DNA of 64,000 bases, from NCBI RefSeq assembly GCF_018350175.1, contig NC_058368.1, forward strand, positions 56,856,001 through 56,920,000, written 5' to 3'. The DNA is from Felis catus (lineage: Eukaryota). The translations under genes and the position numbers were made by a program. The notes beneath the pieces were generated by a model. It saw nothing but the letters and a program-made list of their open reading frames with translations. It did not search any database and was not told the DNA's origin. Below are positions 1 to 13,665 of this stretch, piece by piece (the stretch's first letter is position 1; each line of letters starts with the position of its first letter).

Positions 1-1292
1 CCTCCATTCATATGCATATAACTTGTTTTGAAAATTTTAACAGTTTTATTGAAGTACAATTGATATACAGTTAGATGCACAAGTGTAAAGTGTACAGTTT
101 GACAGGATCTGGCATATGTATTCATCTATGAAAACATCACAATCAAGACAATGACTCGTCCCCCAGAAGTTTCCTTTTGTTACTTTACATCCACATCCTT
201 ACATCTTTCTTTGTCCCATTCATCCCCAGTCAACCACTGATCTGCTTTCTATTACTGTAGATTAGCTCATATTTTCTATAATTTTATATAAATGGAATGA
301 TACAGTATGTATGATGTGATACAGTATGTCTAGTTTGTACAGTATGTTTTTGTCACTCAGCAAAACTAGTGGAGATTCACTTATATTGTATCTGTTCATT
401 ACTTTCTTTGCTGAATAGTGTTCCATTATAAAGATATACAATGTTTATTGTTTCCAAGTTGACACATATGTGTGATGTTTTCCATTTTTGACTATTACAT
501 ATAAAGCGCTTAAGCAAAAGTACTTACACTGACATATAGTTTTATTTACACTTGAAGTAGGAGTAGAATAACGGGTTCATGCTTAACTTAAAGAAATGCT
601 TTCTGAGGTTGGTTCCCCCATTTTTTATTCTTCCCGGCAGTATATGAGGATTACAGTTGCTGATACTAACCAACGCTTTTTTTTTTATGTTTACTCTTTT
701 TAATTTTAGCCATTCTGAGAGGTATGTAGTAGTATTTCATTGTTGAGTTTGGATATTCTTAATAATCAATAGTCTTGAGAATATGATCATTTGCTTATTG
801 TCTATATAGCTTTTTAGATGAAATACTTGTTTGAATCTTTGTCCATTCTTTTTAAATGAAGCTGTTTTCCTTCCCTTATTATTGAGCTGTGAGAGTTTTT
901 TGTTTTTGTTTTTGTTTTTAAATTCTGAATTCCCATCTTTGATACATGATTTATAAATGATTTTTTTTTCCAATTTTCCTTATCTTTTCATTATTTGAGC
1001 AGTGTCTTTTAAAGAATAGTAGTTTGGAATTTTAATGAAATATAATCTATATGTGTTTTTGGTGATTGTGTTTTTAGTGTCATATCTGAGAAATCTGTGT
1101 CTCACCTAATTTAACAATGCTTTTCACTTATTTTTTCTAGACATTGTAATCTTTGAGTTTTTCCATGTGGTGTCTGATCGATGTTGACTTAGTTTTTTCT
1201 AGATAGTGAGTTAATAGTTGTTTATAATGATTAGTGGTATTTATTAGTGAATCCATTTGGTGCTAGAGATTTCTTCTTGGGAAATTTTTTTT

Positions 1293-1588
<296 letters not shown>

Positions 1589-1764
1589 TTTGGGAAAATT
1601 TTTTTAAGTGTAAATTTAATTTTTAATAGATACAAGACTATTTGTTTATTTCTTCTTGAATGAGCTTTTGTAGTTTTTGTCCTTCAGGAAGTTTATCCAT
1701 TTTCTCTAAATTATTAAGTTTATTCTTATACAGTGGTCATGAGATTACATTTACAGATACTTTA

Positions 1765-2257
1765 TCATTTTTTTATAATGATTATTTCTTTTTAAGGGAG
1801 AGAGAGAGAGAGAGAGAGAGAGAGCATGTGCAGAGGAGGGGCAGAGAGAGAGAGGGAGACAGAATCTGAAGCAGGTTCCAAGCTCTGAGTTGTCAAGGCA
1901 GAACCCAACATGGGGCTGGGACTCACAAACCGCTAGATCATGACCTGAGCTGAAGTTGGACGCTTAACCGACTGAGGCACCCAGGCACCACAATTTTATT
2001 TATTTATTTTTAATTTTTTTAAATGTTTTTATTTATTTTTGAGACAGAGAGAGAGACAGAGCATGAGCAGGGGTGGGGCAGAGAGAGAGGGAGACACAGA
2101 ATCCTAAGCAGGCTCCAGGCTCCGAGCTGTCAGCACAGACCCTGACGCAGGCTCGAATTCAAGGACTGTGAGATCATGGCCTGAGCCGAAGTCCGACCCT
2201 TAATCGACTGAGCCACCCAGGCGCCCCTATTTTATTTTTTAATATTTATTTCTTTTT

Positions 2258-2294
<37 letters not shown>

Positions 2295-2691
2295 CATGAA
2301 TGGGGGAGGGACAGAGAGAAGGAGACACAGAATCTGAAGGAGGCTCCAGGCTCTGAACACAGAACCCAAGTGGGGCTCTAACTCATAAACAGTGAGATCA
2401 TGACCTGAGCCGAAATTGGCCACCCCAAACCGACTGAGCCACCTGGCCACCCCAAACATTTACAGATTTTTTTTAATTTTTTTTTCAACGTTTTTTATTT
2501 ATTTTTGGGACAGAGAGAGACAGAGCATGAACAGGGGAGGGGCAGAGACAGAGGGAGACACAGAATCCGAAACAGGCTCCAGGCTCTGAGCCATCAGCCC
2601 AGAGCCTGACGCGGGGCTCGAACTCACGGACCGTGAGATCGTGACCTGGCTGAAGTCGGACGCTTAACCGACTGCGCCACCCAGGTGCCCC
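1765..2691 (-). mobile_element. Tandem stack of four Can-SINEs (about 1765-1989, 1992-2227, 2230-2453, 2468-2691)
   Basis: Four consecutive SINE bodies in the same orientation. The last has the motifs shared by the least-diverged copies here (caacgttt, gccatcagccc, gtgacctggctg). Confidence 0.93.
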
Positions 2692-3584
2692 AAGATATTT
2701 TAATATCTTTAAAATCTGTAGTGATTTAATCTGTGTACATCATGGTATCGATAGTTTGTGTTTCCTCTCTTTTAGTCTTGATCAGTTTGACTAAGATTTA
2801 TTAATTTAGTTTGTATTTTCAAAGCCTGCACCTTTCCCTAGTTATGTATGATGACATTCCAATTCCAGCCTTATATGCAGTTGCTTTTGAATACCCTAGA
2901 CCTTAATATCTGGCTCCTAAAATGGGAAAAGAAAAAAAATGAGGGATGAAGATTTAAAGGCCTTTAAATCACCTGGAAAATCGTTTCAGTGAGAAGGGGA
3001 GGGGCTTGCAACAATTTGGGGAAGGTAAAACAACAATGGCCACACACCTCTTTCCACTCCTTAGATCAGAAGCAGTAGACAGTGTTCAAAGCCTAGATCC
3101 TCAATATTTGGAGAACAGGGTCTTGTTTTTGGCTCCAGCAATGTGGACAGGCTCCTGCCACACTGGCAGGTAGGAGAAGGGAGCTGCTACAGATCTAAGC
3201 ATGAAATTGACAGAAATTAACTACAATTTGCCCTCTAAGCCTTCCCCTAACACTTGGAAGTCTTCAGTAGGCTCCAGAGTTCCAAAATAGTTACATCAGA
3301 GGGATTCTTGCTGTGTAATTATTGCCAGGATGAGGAGACAGTCCTGGGGCTTCCTACTCTGCACTCTTCCCAGAATCCTCCTCCTATGTTAGTCAATTTT
3401 AAACTCCCTTAAAAGACTTTAGAATCACAATGAAATTTAAATTTTGATTCTGCCCTTCAGTGGTGCAATAACCATGAACAAGATGTTTAAATTAATTAAA
3501 CTCCATTTTTTTCTACTTTTTAACCTATAAAATGGGCTATTATTATTAATCTGGAATACATTTATTGGATTAAAATATTTAATT

Positions 3585-3807
3585 TATTTTTTTTTAATTT
3601 TTTTCAACGTTTATTTATTTTTGGGACAGAGAGAGACAGAGCATGAACAGGGGAGGGGCAGAGAGAGAGGGAGACACAGAATCGGAAACAGGCTCCAGGC
3701 TCCGAGCCATCAGCCCAGAGCCCGACGCAGGGCTCGAACTCACGGACCAGGAGATCGTGACCTGGCTGAAGTTGGACGCTTAACCGACCGCGCCACCCAG
3801 GCGCCCC
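3585..3807 (-). mobile_element. Young feline Can-SINE inserted into a MIR relic
   Basis: 14-bp TSD taaaatatttaatt at 3571-3584 and 3808-3821; flanks resemble MIR (ctataaaatggg). Confidence 0.95.
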
Positions 3808-4850
3808 TAAAATATTTAATTCATATAAAATAGCTGAATAATATGTATAGTAGACACTAAATTAATGTTAGTTTTTATTATGAGGTTGTTTTTACACATT
3901 CAAAATACCTTAATCTTGTGTACCATAAGGTGTTTACAAAATGCTGGAGCAAAATCAAACAAAATACAAATACAGAAAAGTGACATAAAAGAGGAAAAGA
4001 GAATTAAAAAGAAAAATATAAAAGCTATTTTAGAACATTGTATGCCAGTTGAAAAAAAAGCAACCCATAAATACCTCTATTTTTGTTGTTCTTGAAAAAT
4101 CCTGACATAAGTTTCTTTGGATTCTGCTTTTTTTATTCCCTAGAGGTGTTCCTTTTGTGAAAGAGAGTTTCTGACAATCAAACAATTAATCATAGAGAAA
4201 CATATTCAAACTGTACAAAGTTCCTTGTCAAGGTAAAGAAAAGATATTCCACTGAGCTTGGGGAATAACTTTCATACTTTTATATATCACTGTATATACA
4301 TTAATTACATTTTGCATATAATTATAAACAAATCTGTTTTGAGGGACTATAAAAGCATTCTGTTTATAATGACAGTGTTAATATGGCTTTAAACTTTAGA
4401 CTTTTTCTACAGAAATGACCTTTGCTACTGATTTGAACATATAAATGGCACTGAAATATATTTATAACTTTATAACTGTCACCAGTAACATAAGTAGGAG
4501 AAATTGTTTGAATAACATTTCACTAGTCTGTCACCTTCATAGATAACATTGGATAAATCATGGAAACCCTGTGTTTTATTCACAGTAACTTTGAAAAATA
4601 TATGATGTATTACGTTTTTCTGATTTTGAAACATGATTCAGTTGAAAGGAAATAAGTAGATGACGTTGTTAGATATTTCTTGAATAACATATATTAAGTC
4701 TACTGTTACTTCATTAAGTCTTTACTACCAATCATTATTATAATTTTCTTTAAATATAAAAAAGGAAAGTAATGACATACTTCATACATTTAAAGAAAAA
4801 AAAACATGATTAAAAGTAAAAGGATAAAATAATATGTTATTGTGTTGTCA

Positions 4851-5015
4851 GGGTGGCTCAGTCAGTTAAGTGTCTAACTCTTGATTTCAGCTCAGGTCAT
4901 GATCTCAGGATTTGTGAGATCAGGCCTTGTGTTGGTCTTCACACAGGGCATGAAGCCTGCTTAAGGTTCTGTCTCTCCCTCTGCCCACCCCCACCCTCTA
5001 TCTCTCAAAAAATAG

Positions 5016-5018
<3 letters not shown>
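4851..5018 (+). mobile_element. Older Can-SINE followed by (AT)n (5019-5062)
   Basis: gggtggctcagtcagttaagtgtctaactcttgatttcagctcagg head. Confidence 0.85.
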
Positions 5019-5067
<49 letters not shown>

Positions 5068-6869
5068 GTATCATTAATATTATCTTTAAAATTATTCTAA
5101 AGAGAAATGGAATATATCAGTTTGGGATATATTTCCTCAAAATAACATGAATATACTTTACTAAACTAAGTAATTAGCAATTATTAGCTTATATTTCTTT
5201 AAGGACATAAAAGAAGTGAACATTAATGAGAATTCCATGGTGAAAAGGAAAACAGAATTCTGTACTGGAAGACTGTAAGCTAAATATATATCATCAATGA
5301 TTTTTCACTTTTAATAAAAAATATCTCCAGTTGTAGTTTTTAAATTAGTTATGGGAAAATATGCTTTTTTGAGGTTTGTTGGTTCTAGGAGAACTATTGA
5401 AAAGCAAAAATGTTTTTAATTTTTGTTGTTTGTTTTATGTTAGATCAGGAGTGAAAGATACTGAATTTATAATCCTTCCCCTCCCCCACCACTATTTTTG
5501 TCCTTTTGTTTTTGTTTGGATAAATTCTATCAATATGCTTTCAAATTATTATTTATCCTGTGAATCTAGTCTGTTCTAGTCTGTTCTTTAGCCCATTATA
5601 AGAGTACTTCATTTCTGATATGTCCTTTTCTAGCATTTGCTTTTTCTACATCATCTCACTTTTCTGCTGAAATTCATCATTCGTTACATGTGCTATTCAC
5701 TTTTTCCACTTCATTTTAAAACATTTTTGTGATAGTTTCATTCAGTCCCCTGTCTTAAAACTCCAGCAGTTAAGCCATCTCTCAGTTTCTTCTCTTTACT
5801 GTTTCCACTCTTGTACATAGTTTATGATTACTTGCTTTGATGCGTGTCTTATAATTTACCCCAGAAAGGGACACAATCTTTTTTTTATGTCAAGAAAATT
5901 GTGTAAAGAACTGAGTCAATATAATATTTAATAAAATTGGATGTGGGGTTTGTTACATCTTTGGTATTTTCAGGTCACCATCCATTGACTTCAAATATTT
6001 TGATGTTGGGATCAAAACTTCTGCTCCAGAGAGAGACACAAAATTCTTTAAGTTTTATAACCTATTTCCCAGTGTTCTGAAACATTTGAGTGTTCTTTCT
6101 GCTTTACAGCCTGTTTGCCAGCTTTTTCTAGCACCAGGAAATTTTCTTTGCCCTCAAGCCCAACCTCTGGTTATACGTACTATTCAGGTACAATCTGTCC
6201 TCCCTGTTGTCCCCATGTAACCTTGAGTGTGCTGCAGCAGGTAATCAGTGAGTATCCGGGATGTCCCAACTTTCAGCAGCCCCACACTACTTTCAGCCTG
6301 GGTTAAGGAAGGCACTAAATGCTTTAGGGAACTCTTTCTCACATCTTCTCTGCTCTCAGCCTTCTGTATACCAACCTATATACTTGTTGGATTTGGTACT
6401 TCCTTTGTGGCATTAAAAAAATATAATTTTGTAGCTAATCAAGCTTTTTATTATTAGGGTTGAAGCAACAGTGCTTTGTAACACCTACATTTTTAAACAG
6501 AATTTGAAGTTCTAATGCCTTCAATTTTATCTGTCTTTTTTAAATTAGTAAATTGAAATTTACTGAGAACACAAGTATATTCTTTCAATTAATATGTATG
6601 TAGCAGAGTAAAACTTTTACATCAGCATATATTTATTTGCCCTAAAACTGTTCATTTATTTCTGTTTACTCAATCTACATTGTGAGCTTTATTTGATTAG
6701 TAACTAAGAATTATTTCTCTCTGCTTTACAAAAACTTTCAGTGTTAAACATATAGTAAAAAGACTAGTGAATACTTACTGCTGAATAAATCTAGAGTATA
6801 ATTTTATTTGCTAACTTTGTAATATTTTTCAATATTCAAATATGATTACCTTTAAAAATAACATACTTT

Positions 6870-7024
6870 GGAGCACCTGGGTGGCTTAGTCATTCAGCTC
6901 TGGTCATGATCTCATGGTTCTTGAGTTCCAGCCTTGCAAGAGCTCTCTGCTGTCTGTGGCACAAAGCCTGCTTCAGATCCTCTGTCTCCTCTCTCTGCCT
7001 CTCCCCCAATCATGCTTACTCGCC

Positions 7025-7055
<31 letters not shown>

Positions 7056-7085
7056 AAAAATAAATAAACCTTAAAATTTTTTTTA
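6870..7085 (+). mobile_element. Can-SINE with a small deletion in the tRNA head
   Basis: gagcacctgggtggcttagtca head, CT tract and aataaataaa tail. Confidence 0.88.
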
Positions 7086-7384
7086 AATATGCTTTAATCT
7101 TGGATTTATTCCATAATGTTTTTCTTTCTTTTTTTAGATATAGAGAATATAGTGTTGTATGTAATTATCTCATTTTAAATATTTATCTTTTATCATAAAT
7201 ACAATTTTAAAATTACCTCTAGGCCTATGAAGACCTGAAATTGAAAATTTATACTGTAAGCAATCTAGATACTTTTCTTAAATTTGTAGCCATTACTCAC
7301 AGTAGTTTTCCCTCTAATATAGACAAGAGCTGTATTTCAGTTTTCTGGGCTAGGGACAATAGCTCTTCTTTGCTTTTCTAAAGC

Positions 7385-7385
7385 A

Positions 7386-7453
<68 letters not shown>

Positions 7454-7478
7454 ATATGTATATATATATATATATATT
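7385..7478. repeat. (TA)n microsatellite
   Basis: Directly visible. Confidence 0.95.
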
Positions 7479-7819
7479 TTTTTTTTTATTTACTCAGGTT
7501 GTTTCAGAGAGTTGTGGTATGGAATCTTTCAGAAAACAGAGTATAACCATGTGGCAAATTTATTTCATTAACAAAGTTATTTACATTAAATCTAATTCTT
7601 CACCTGATCAGAAGTAGAAACTCTTAGCAGTTTCCACTGTATTTTAATGGCCTCAACATCACTGTATTTAGATGGGCCCATCTACTTTGAGAATGTGATA
7701 GGAAATAAAAAGCATGTGTACTACTTGGCTTAAACATTATTGATATCTGTATTTTCTTTGGCATTTCAGGTGATCAAAACAGATTTTACTGCTTTGCTAT
7801 TTGTTTCACTATTTAATTT

Positions 7820-8041
7820 AATTTAATTTTTATTTAAAAAATTAATGTTTATTTATTTTTGAGAGAGAGAGTCAGTGCAAGCAGAGGAGTAGCAGAGAGA
7901 GAGGGAGACACAGAATCTGAAGAAGGATCCAGGCCTTGAGTTGTCAACACAGAGCCCGATGTGGGGCTTGAACCCACAAACCGTGAGATCATGACCTGAG
8001 CTGCAACTGGATGCTTAACCCACTGAGCCACCCAGGCACCC
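7820..8041 (-). mobile_element. Can-SINE
   Basis: 14-bp TSD tcactatttaattt at 7806-7819 and 8043-8056. Confidence 0.93.
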
Positions 8042-8136
8042 ATCACTATTTAATTTTAAAGAAATCTTAGTTTACCTATGTTGAATAAACTGCTTGCAAA
8101 GACCCAAAGCTAAAACTTGAAGATCTCTACCAGATT

Positions 8137-8523
8137 TTTCTTTATTCTTTATTTTTTTATTTTTTTATATTTTCTAATTTTTAATTATTTTAAATGTTCA
8201 CTTAAATCCAAGTTAGTTAACATATAGTATAATAATGGTTTCAGAAGTAGGATTTAGTAATTCATCACTTACATATAACACCCAGTGCTGATCCCAAGAA
8301 ATGCCCTCGTTAATGCCCATCACCCACTTGGCCCATCTCCCTGACCCATTTTTCTTCCAGCAACCCTGAGTTTGTTCTCTGTTTTAAGAGTCTCTTGTGA
8401 TTTGCCTCCCTGTCCATTTTTATCTTATTTTTCCTTCCCTTCCCCATGTTCGTCATTTTGTTTCCTAAATTCCACGTAAAAATGAAATCATATGATATTT
8501 GTCTTTCTCCGACTTATTTCACT
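8137..8523 (-). mobile_element. 5'-truncated carnivore L1 (3'UTR only)
   Basis: Resembles the L1-A/B 3'UTR (aacacccagtgct, caaccctgagtttgttctc); poly(T) tail; TSD taccagatt at 8128-8136 and 8524-8532. Confidence 0.88.
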
Positions 8524-9224
8524 TACCAGATTGTTTTACACAGGTCTGTTTTATACAGATTACTACCCAGAAATCAGTGCAAAATTAATTAATATTTATG
8601 TTTACAAAATAACATCAAAGATTAAACTTTGTTGACTTTAAAAAATAAGAAATAAAAATGTTTACAAAATAAAACTAACAGAATTGAGAAAAGTATTCAT
8701 TCATTTGCTCTTAAAATTAGAGGAATATATTTCTAGAGCACTAAAGATCTCCCAAAAAGGGAATGTTTTTATTCTTTTGAACTTTTTTTGTACTAGAAAT
8801 TCTAGTGCTAATGCTGTCAACTTTAAAAGCAAGGTCAAATTTGATGCAATTTGCAGTGAATGTGCTACTCAGTTTAAAATAGTTTAAGAAAGTAGTATAT
8901 AGCCGATGACTACAATCTATAGCACAATTGATTTTTGTAACATTTTTTGTGCACTTAACTGTTCAATTTTGCAATGTGGTCATTTATCACCTAAATACAG
9001 CTTTTGAGACAAAAGTAATAATTTTTCATTATATAACTTAACATTTCATTGGATTGAAGACAGTTACAAGGGGTGAAATTTAATTTTCCTAGTTATGTAT
9101 TTTTGGGAAAAGTCTATAAATCAATTGAATTTGTCTGATTTTTCCCATGAATTTATTTTATACACAAACAAAATGACATTATTACCAAAATTTTAAAAAA
9201 ACACTAAATATTCCTTTAAATTAC

Positions 9225-11465
9225 CAATTTTTGTTTTGTTTTTTTTGTTTTTCCTTTCCTACACCCGCCCCCTCCCCAACCTTCCCACTGGTACCCATCA
9301 GTTTGTTCTCTGTAGTTAACAATCTGTTTCTTGGTTTGTCTCTCTCTCCTTTTTTTTTTCATATGTTTTATTTCTTAAAGTCCACATATGAGTGAAATCA
9401 TATGGTATTTATCTTTCTCTGACTTGTTTTGCTTAGCATTGTACTCTGTAGCTCTACCCATGTTGTTGCAAATGACAAGATTTCATTATTTTTTATGGTT
9501 GAATAATATTTCCTTGTCTATATTATATACAATGTCTATCCATTCATTTATCAATGGACACTTGGGCTGCTTCCATAGTTTGGCTATTATAAATAATGTT
9601 AAATAAACATAGGGGTGCATGTATCCCTTCGAGTTAGTGTTTTTGTGTTTTTTTTGTGTTTTTTGTGGTTTTTTTTTTTTTTTTTTTTTTTTTTTTGGTG
9701 AAGGGATATAAATACCCAGTAGTATGAGTGCTGGATAGTAGGGTGGTTCTATTTTCAGTTCTTTGAGGTACCTCCATACATTTTCCACAATGGCTGGACC
9801 AGTTTTCATTCCCACCAACAGTGTTCCTTTTTCTCCACAACCTTGCTAACACTTGTTTCTTGTGTTTTTGATTGTAGCCATTCAGACAGGCATGAGGGGA
9901 TATCTCATTGTAGTTTTGATTTGCATTTCCATGATGATGAGTGATGTTGAACATGTGTTCATGTCTCTGTTGGCCATCTGTGTGTCTTCTTTGGAGAAAA
10001 ATCTGTTCATGTCTTCTACCCATTTTTAAAATGGCTTATTTGTTTTCTGGATATTGAGTTGTTGTATGTGTTCTTTATATATTTGGATACTAACCCTTTA
10101 TCCGATATGTCATTTGCAAATATCTTTTCCCATTCAGTAGGTTGCCTTTTAGTTTTGCTGATTGTTTCCTTCACTGTGCAAAAATGCTTTATTTTGATAT
10201 AGTCCCAATAGTTTATTTTTGCTTCTATTTCCCTGGCCTCAGGAGACATCTAGAAAAATGTTGCTAAGATCGATGTAAGAGAAATTATTGTCTGTGCTCT
10301 AGTCAAAGATTTTTATGGTCTAGTATTTTCAGGTCTAGTATTTAGAACTTTAACCCATTGTGGTTGTTTTCATTTAATTTTTTTTAATGTTTATTATTTT
10401 TGAGAGAGAGACAGAGCATGAACATGGGAGGGGTAGACACAGAGGTAGACACAGAATCCAAAGCAAGCTCTAGGCTGTGCGCTATCAGCACAGAGCCCAA
10501 TGTGGGGCTCGAACTCATGGACCAAGAGATCATAACTTGAGCCAAAATCAGATGCTTAACTGACTGAGCCACTCAGGTGCCCCAAACCCATTTGAATTAA
10601 TTTTTGTGCGTGCTGAAAGTGAGTAGTCCAGTTTTATTCTTTTGTATGTGGCTGTCCAGTTTCCCCAAAGCCATTTGTTGAAGAGACGGTCTTTTTCTCA
10701 ATATATATTCATTCCTCCTTTGTTGAGGATTAATTGACCTATAATTGTGGGATTATCTACTTATATTCTGTTCTATTCCATTCATCTATGTGTCTGTTTC
10801 TATCCCAGTAAAGTACTCTTTTAATTACTACTGCTTTGTAATATAACTTAAAGTCTGGAAGAGTGATACTTCCAGTTTCATTTTTCTTTTTCAAGATTGC
10901 TTTGGCTATTTAGGATCTTTTGTGATTCCATACATATTTTAGGATTGTTTATTCTAGTTCTGTGAAAAATGCTGTTGGAATTTGGATAGGGGTGGCATTA
11001 AATCTATAGATTGATTTGGGTGGTATAGACACTTTAACAATATTTATTCTTCCAATACATGACCATGGAATGTCTTTCCATTTCTTTGTGTCATCTTCAG
11101 TTTCTTTTATCAGTGTTATATAGTTTTCAGAGTACAGATCTTTCTTAAGTTTATTCCTGGATATTTTATTGGTTTTGGTGTAATCATAAATAGGATTATT
11201 TTCTTCATTTCACTTACTGCTACTTCATTATTACTGTGCAAGAATGCAACAGATTTCTATATGTTGATTTTATACCCTGTGACTTTACTAAATTCATTTA
11301 TCAATTCCAGTAGTTTTTTGGTGCAGTCTTTTCAGTTTTCTATATATACTATTATGTTATCTGAAAATAGTGAGAGTTTTACTTCTTCCTTACTGATTTG
11401 GATGCCTTTATTTCTTTTTGTTGTTGAAGTGCTGTGGCTAGGACTTCTTGTAGTATGTTGAATTT
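9225..11465 (-). mobile_element. 5'-truncated older carnivore L1 (ORF2 C-terminal half plus 3'UTR) interrupted by a SINE
   Basis: ORF fragments 9486-9818, 10016-10249 and 11332-11523 match ORF2p ([24 protein letters not shown]). Confidence 0.92.
10376..10583 (-). mobile_element. Can-SINE inside the L1
   Basis: SINE body; aacccatt repeated on both flanks. Confidence 0.9.
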
Positions 11466-11649
11466 GATCTTTCAGTAAGATTACAAATTTCTCAAGGACA
11501 AAAACAATTAACAATGCAATCAAATATTATAATCATTATAAATTAAGAGAGAGTTATTTTATCTTATTGAGAATTAAAATAAACAATAGTGCATAGTTTT
11601 TTTCTTGTGGAAAACAAAACTAAATGGAAAAGTTTCATGGAAAAATATG

Positions 11650-13665
11650 ACTAGGGAAGGACATTAGTGAGCTGGGTGAATAAGGTTTCTCTCACACATA
11701 CGCTTTTCTCAACAACAATTTAGCATCCATCCATAGGAAAAAAAATATGTTTTGGGGGGCTTTATGATCTAGCATTATGTGCCAAGGGACTTGGGAGAAG
11801 TTTTCCCCACTCATGCATTGGATAATGGATGTACAGACTTTGGTCCTGGCTGTAGACCCATTAATCAGCTCTGGCCCCTCTTGGCTACAGTCTAGGAGCT
11901 CCTGGAGAACACTGACTTGTGCAATTACCCATGGCCAAGAGATTTTTTTTAGGAAGAGTGTAGTCCAGTGGACAAATTTTAGCTCATTGTTGGAGCAAAA
12001 AGTCTAAGATTACACTCACTGGAGAAGGTAAAAACAGCTTGACTTTACCTGTCAACCAACCTCCAAGGCAACACAGTTTAGTGCCCACAGAGTCTGTTAC
12101 TTTTCCCATGGGAGAAAGTGACAGTATGTAAGTGAGTCCCCAGATTCCTCAGCTGTGTGGGATACTGCCAAAAGGACCCTTTGTCTCTCACCTCATTCAG
12201 AGTACTCAGTCATGAGAACTTGACTTGGGGTTGGTGACCAGCTGGAAGAATAGCAACCAGGGCTTGGAACAGAATGTGTCAAAGGGATTGGATCCTACTA
12301 ATTGCATTAGGGATTCCATCAGGAGGCCTGCACATGAACCTCTCCACCTCACCTCTGAATCCTTCAAACGTCTCATAAGGATGTCCAGCACAATTTGTGC
12401 CTCAACCACATACTCTCCCACCCTGTGGCCAGCTCCCTGTGTGTACTCATGATGGCAGCAAGAGCAAGATTTGGCAGATGGCTAGTGAGCACTTGCAGAA
12501 AGCCAGCCTGAATCAAAGCCAGCCTGCAGATCAGAGAGAGAGCACAAACTTGAGTATTTAGTATTGCCCTTGGGAGAAAAAAAGGAGGCTGTCACCACAC
12601 AGCCTAGTTAATTGCAGGATCATGAGAAGGCATATAAAATCAAGAATTCTGACCAAGAGAAAGCAAATGTGCAGGTTGATACATAGAAGGTCTCAGAAAA
12701 ACATCAGAATCAGGAGCAGAGGAATGGAAGGTATTTCTCTTCTAAAGTCAGACAGGAGAGACTGGAAGAGGTAGTTGCTACAATAAATGCAAAGACAGCA
12801 ACACAAAAGTTCAAGGAACATGAAAAATCAAGGAAACATGACACCAGCCAAGGAAACATAATACCAGCCATATAGTAAACATATAGTAAACATATAGTAG
12901 TAAACATATAGTAAAGACGTGGACTTTCGTGATTTAATAAAGAATTTGAAATAGCTGTTTTAAGGAAACTCATTGAACAATGAGAAAACACAAGTAAACA
13001 ATTAAATGATATCAATCCCACTTATGGTTATTTATCCAAAAGAAATGAAATATGGGTCTTGAAGAGATATATGCACTCCTGTATTTATTACAGCATTCTT
13101 TATGATACAACCTAAATGTTTTTGACAGGTGAATGAATAAAGAAGAGATATGATGTTTAACAACAGGATATTATTTAGCTATGAGAAAAGGAAATTTTGC
13201 CATATGTGACAACATAGATGCATTGTGAAAACATTATGCTAAGTGAAGTAAGTCAGAGAAAGACAAATACTGTATGATCTCACTTTTATGTGGAATCTAA
13301 AAAAGCTGAATTCATAGAAACAGAGTACAATAGTGGTTTCTGGGGAATGAGAGACCTGGAAAATGGGGAGATGTTGGTCAAAGTGTACAAACTCCCAGTT
13401 ATAAGATAAATTCTTGGTATCTAATATACAGCATGGTGACTATTACTAGTATTTTATATTTCAAAGTTTCTAAGAGGGTAGATTTTAAATGTGTCCCCAC
13501 TCCAAAAGAAGTTGTAACTATGTGAGGCATAACTATGACGGAAGTATTAACTAACCCTATTTTTGTAATCATTTTGCAGTATTAAGTGTCCCGAATCATC
13601 ACCTTGTACATCGTAAACTTACATAACGTTAAATGTCAGTTATATCTCATTAAAGCTGGAAGAAA
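11650..13665 (+). mobile_element. Old L1MA-like element: 5'UTR/ORF1 start joined near 13010 to ORF2 end and 3'UTR
   Basis: ORF1-like start (gaaaaatcaaggaaacatgacacc, gaatttgaaatagctgtttta) is followed directly by caatcccactt, attatgctaagtgaagtaagtcag and tatatctcattaaagctgg. Confidence 0.7.
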
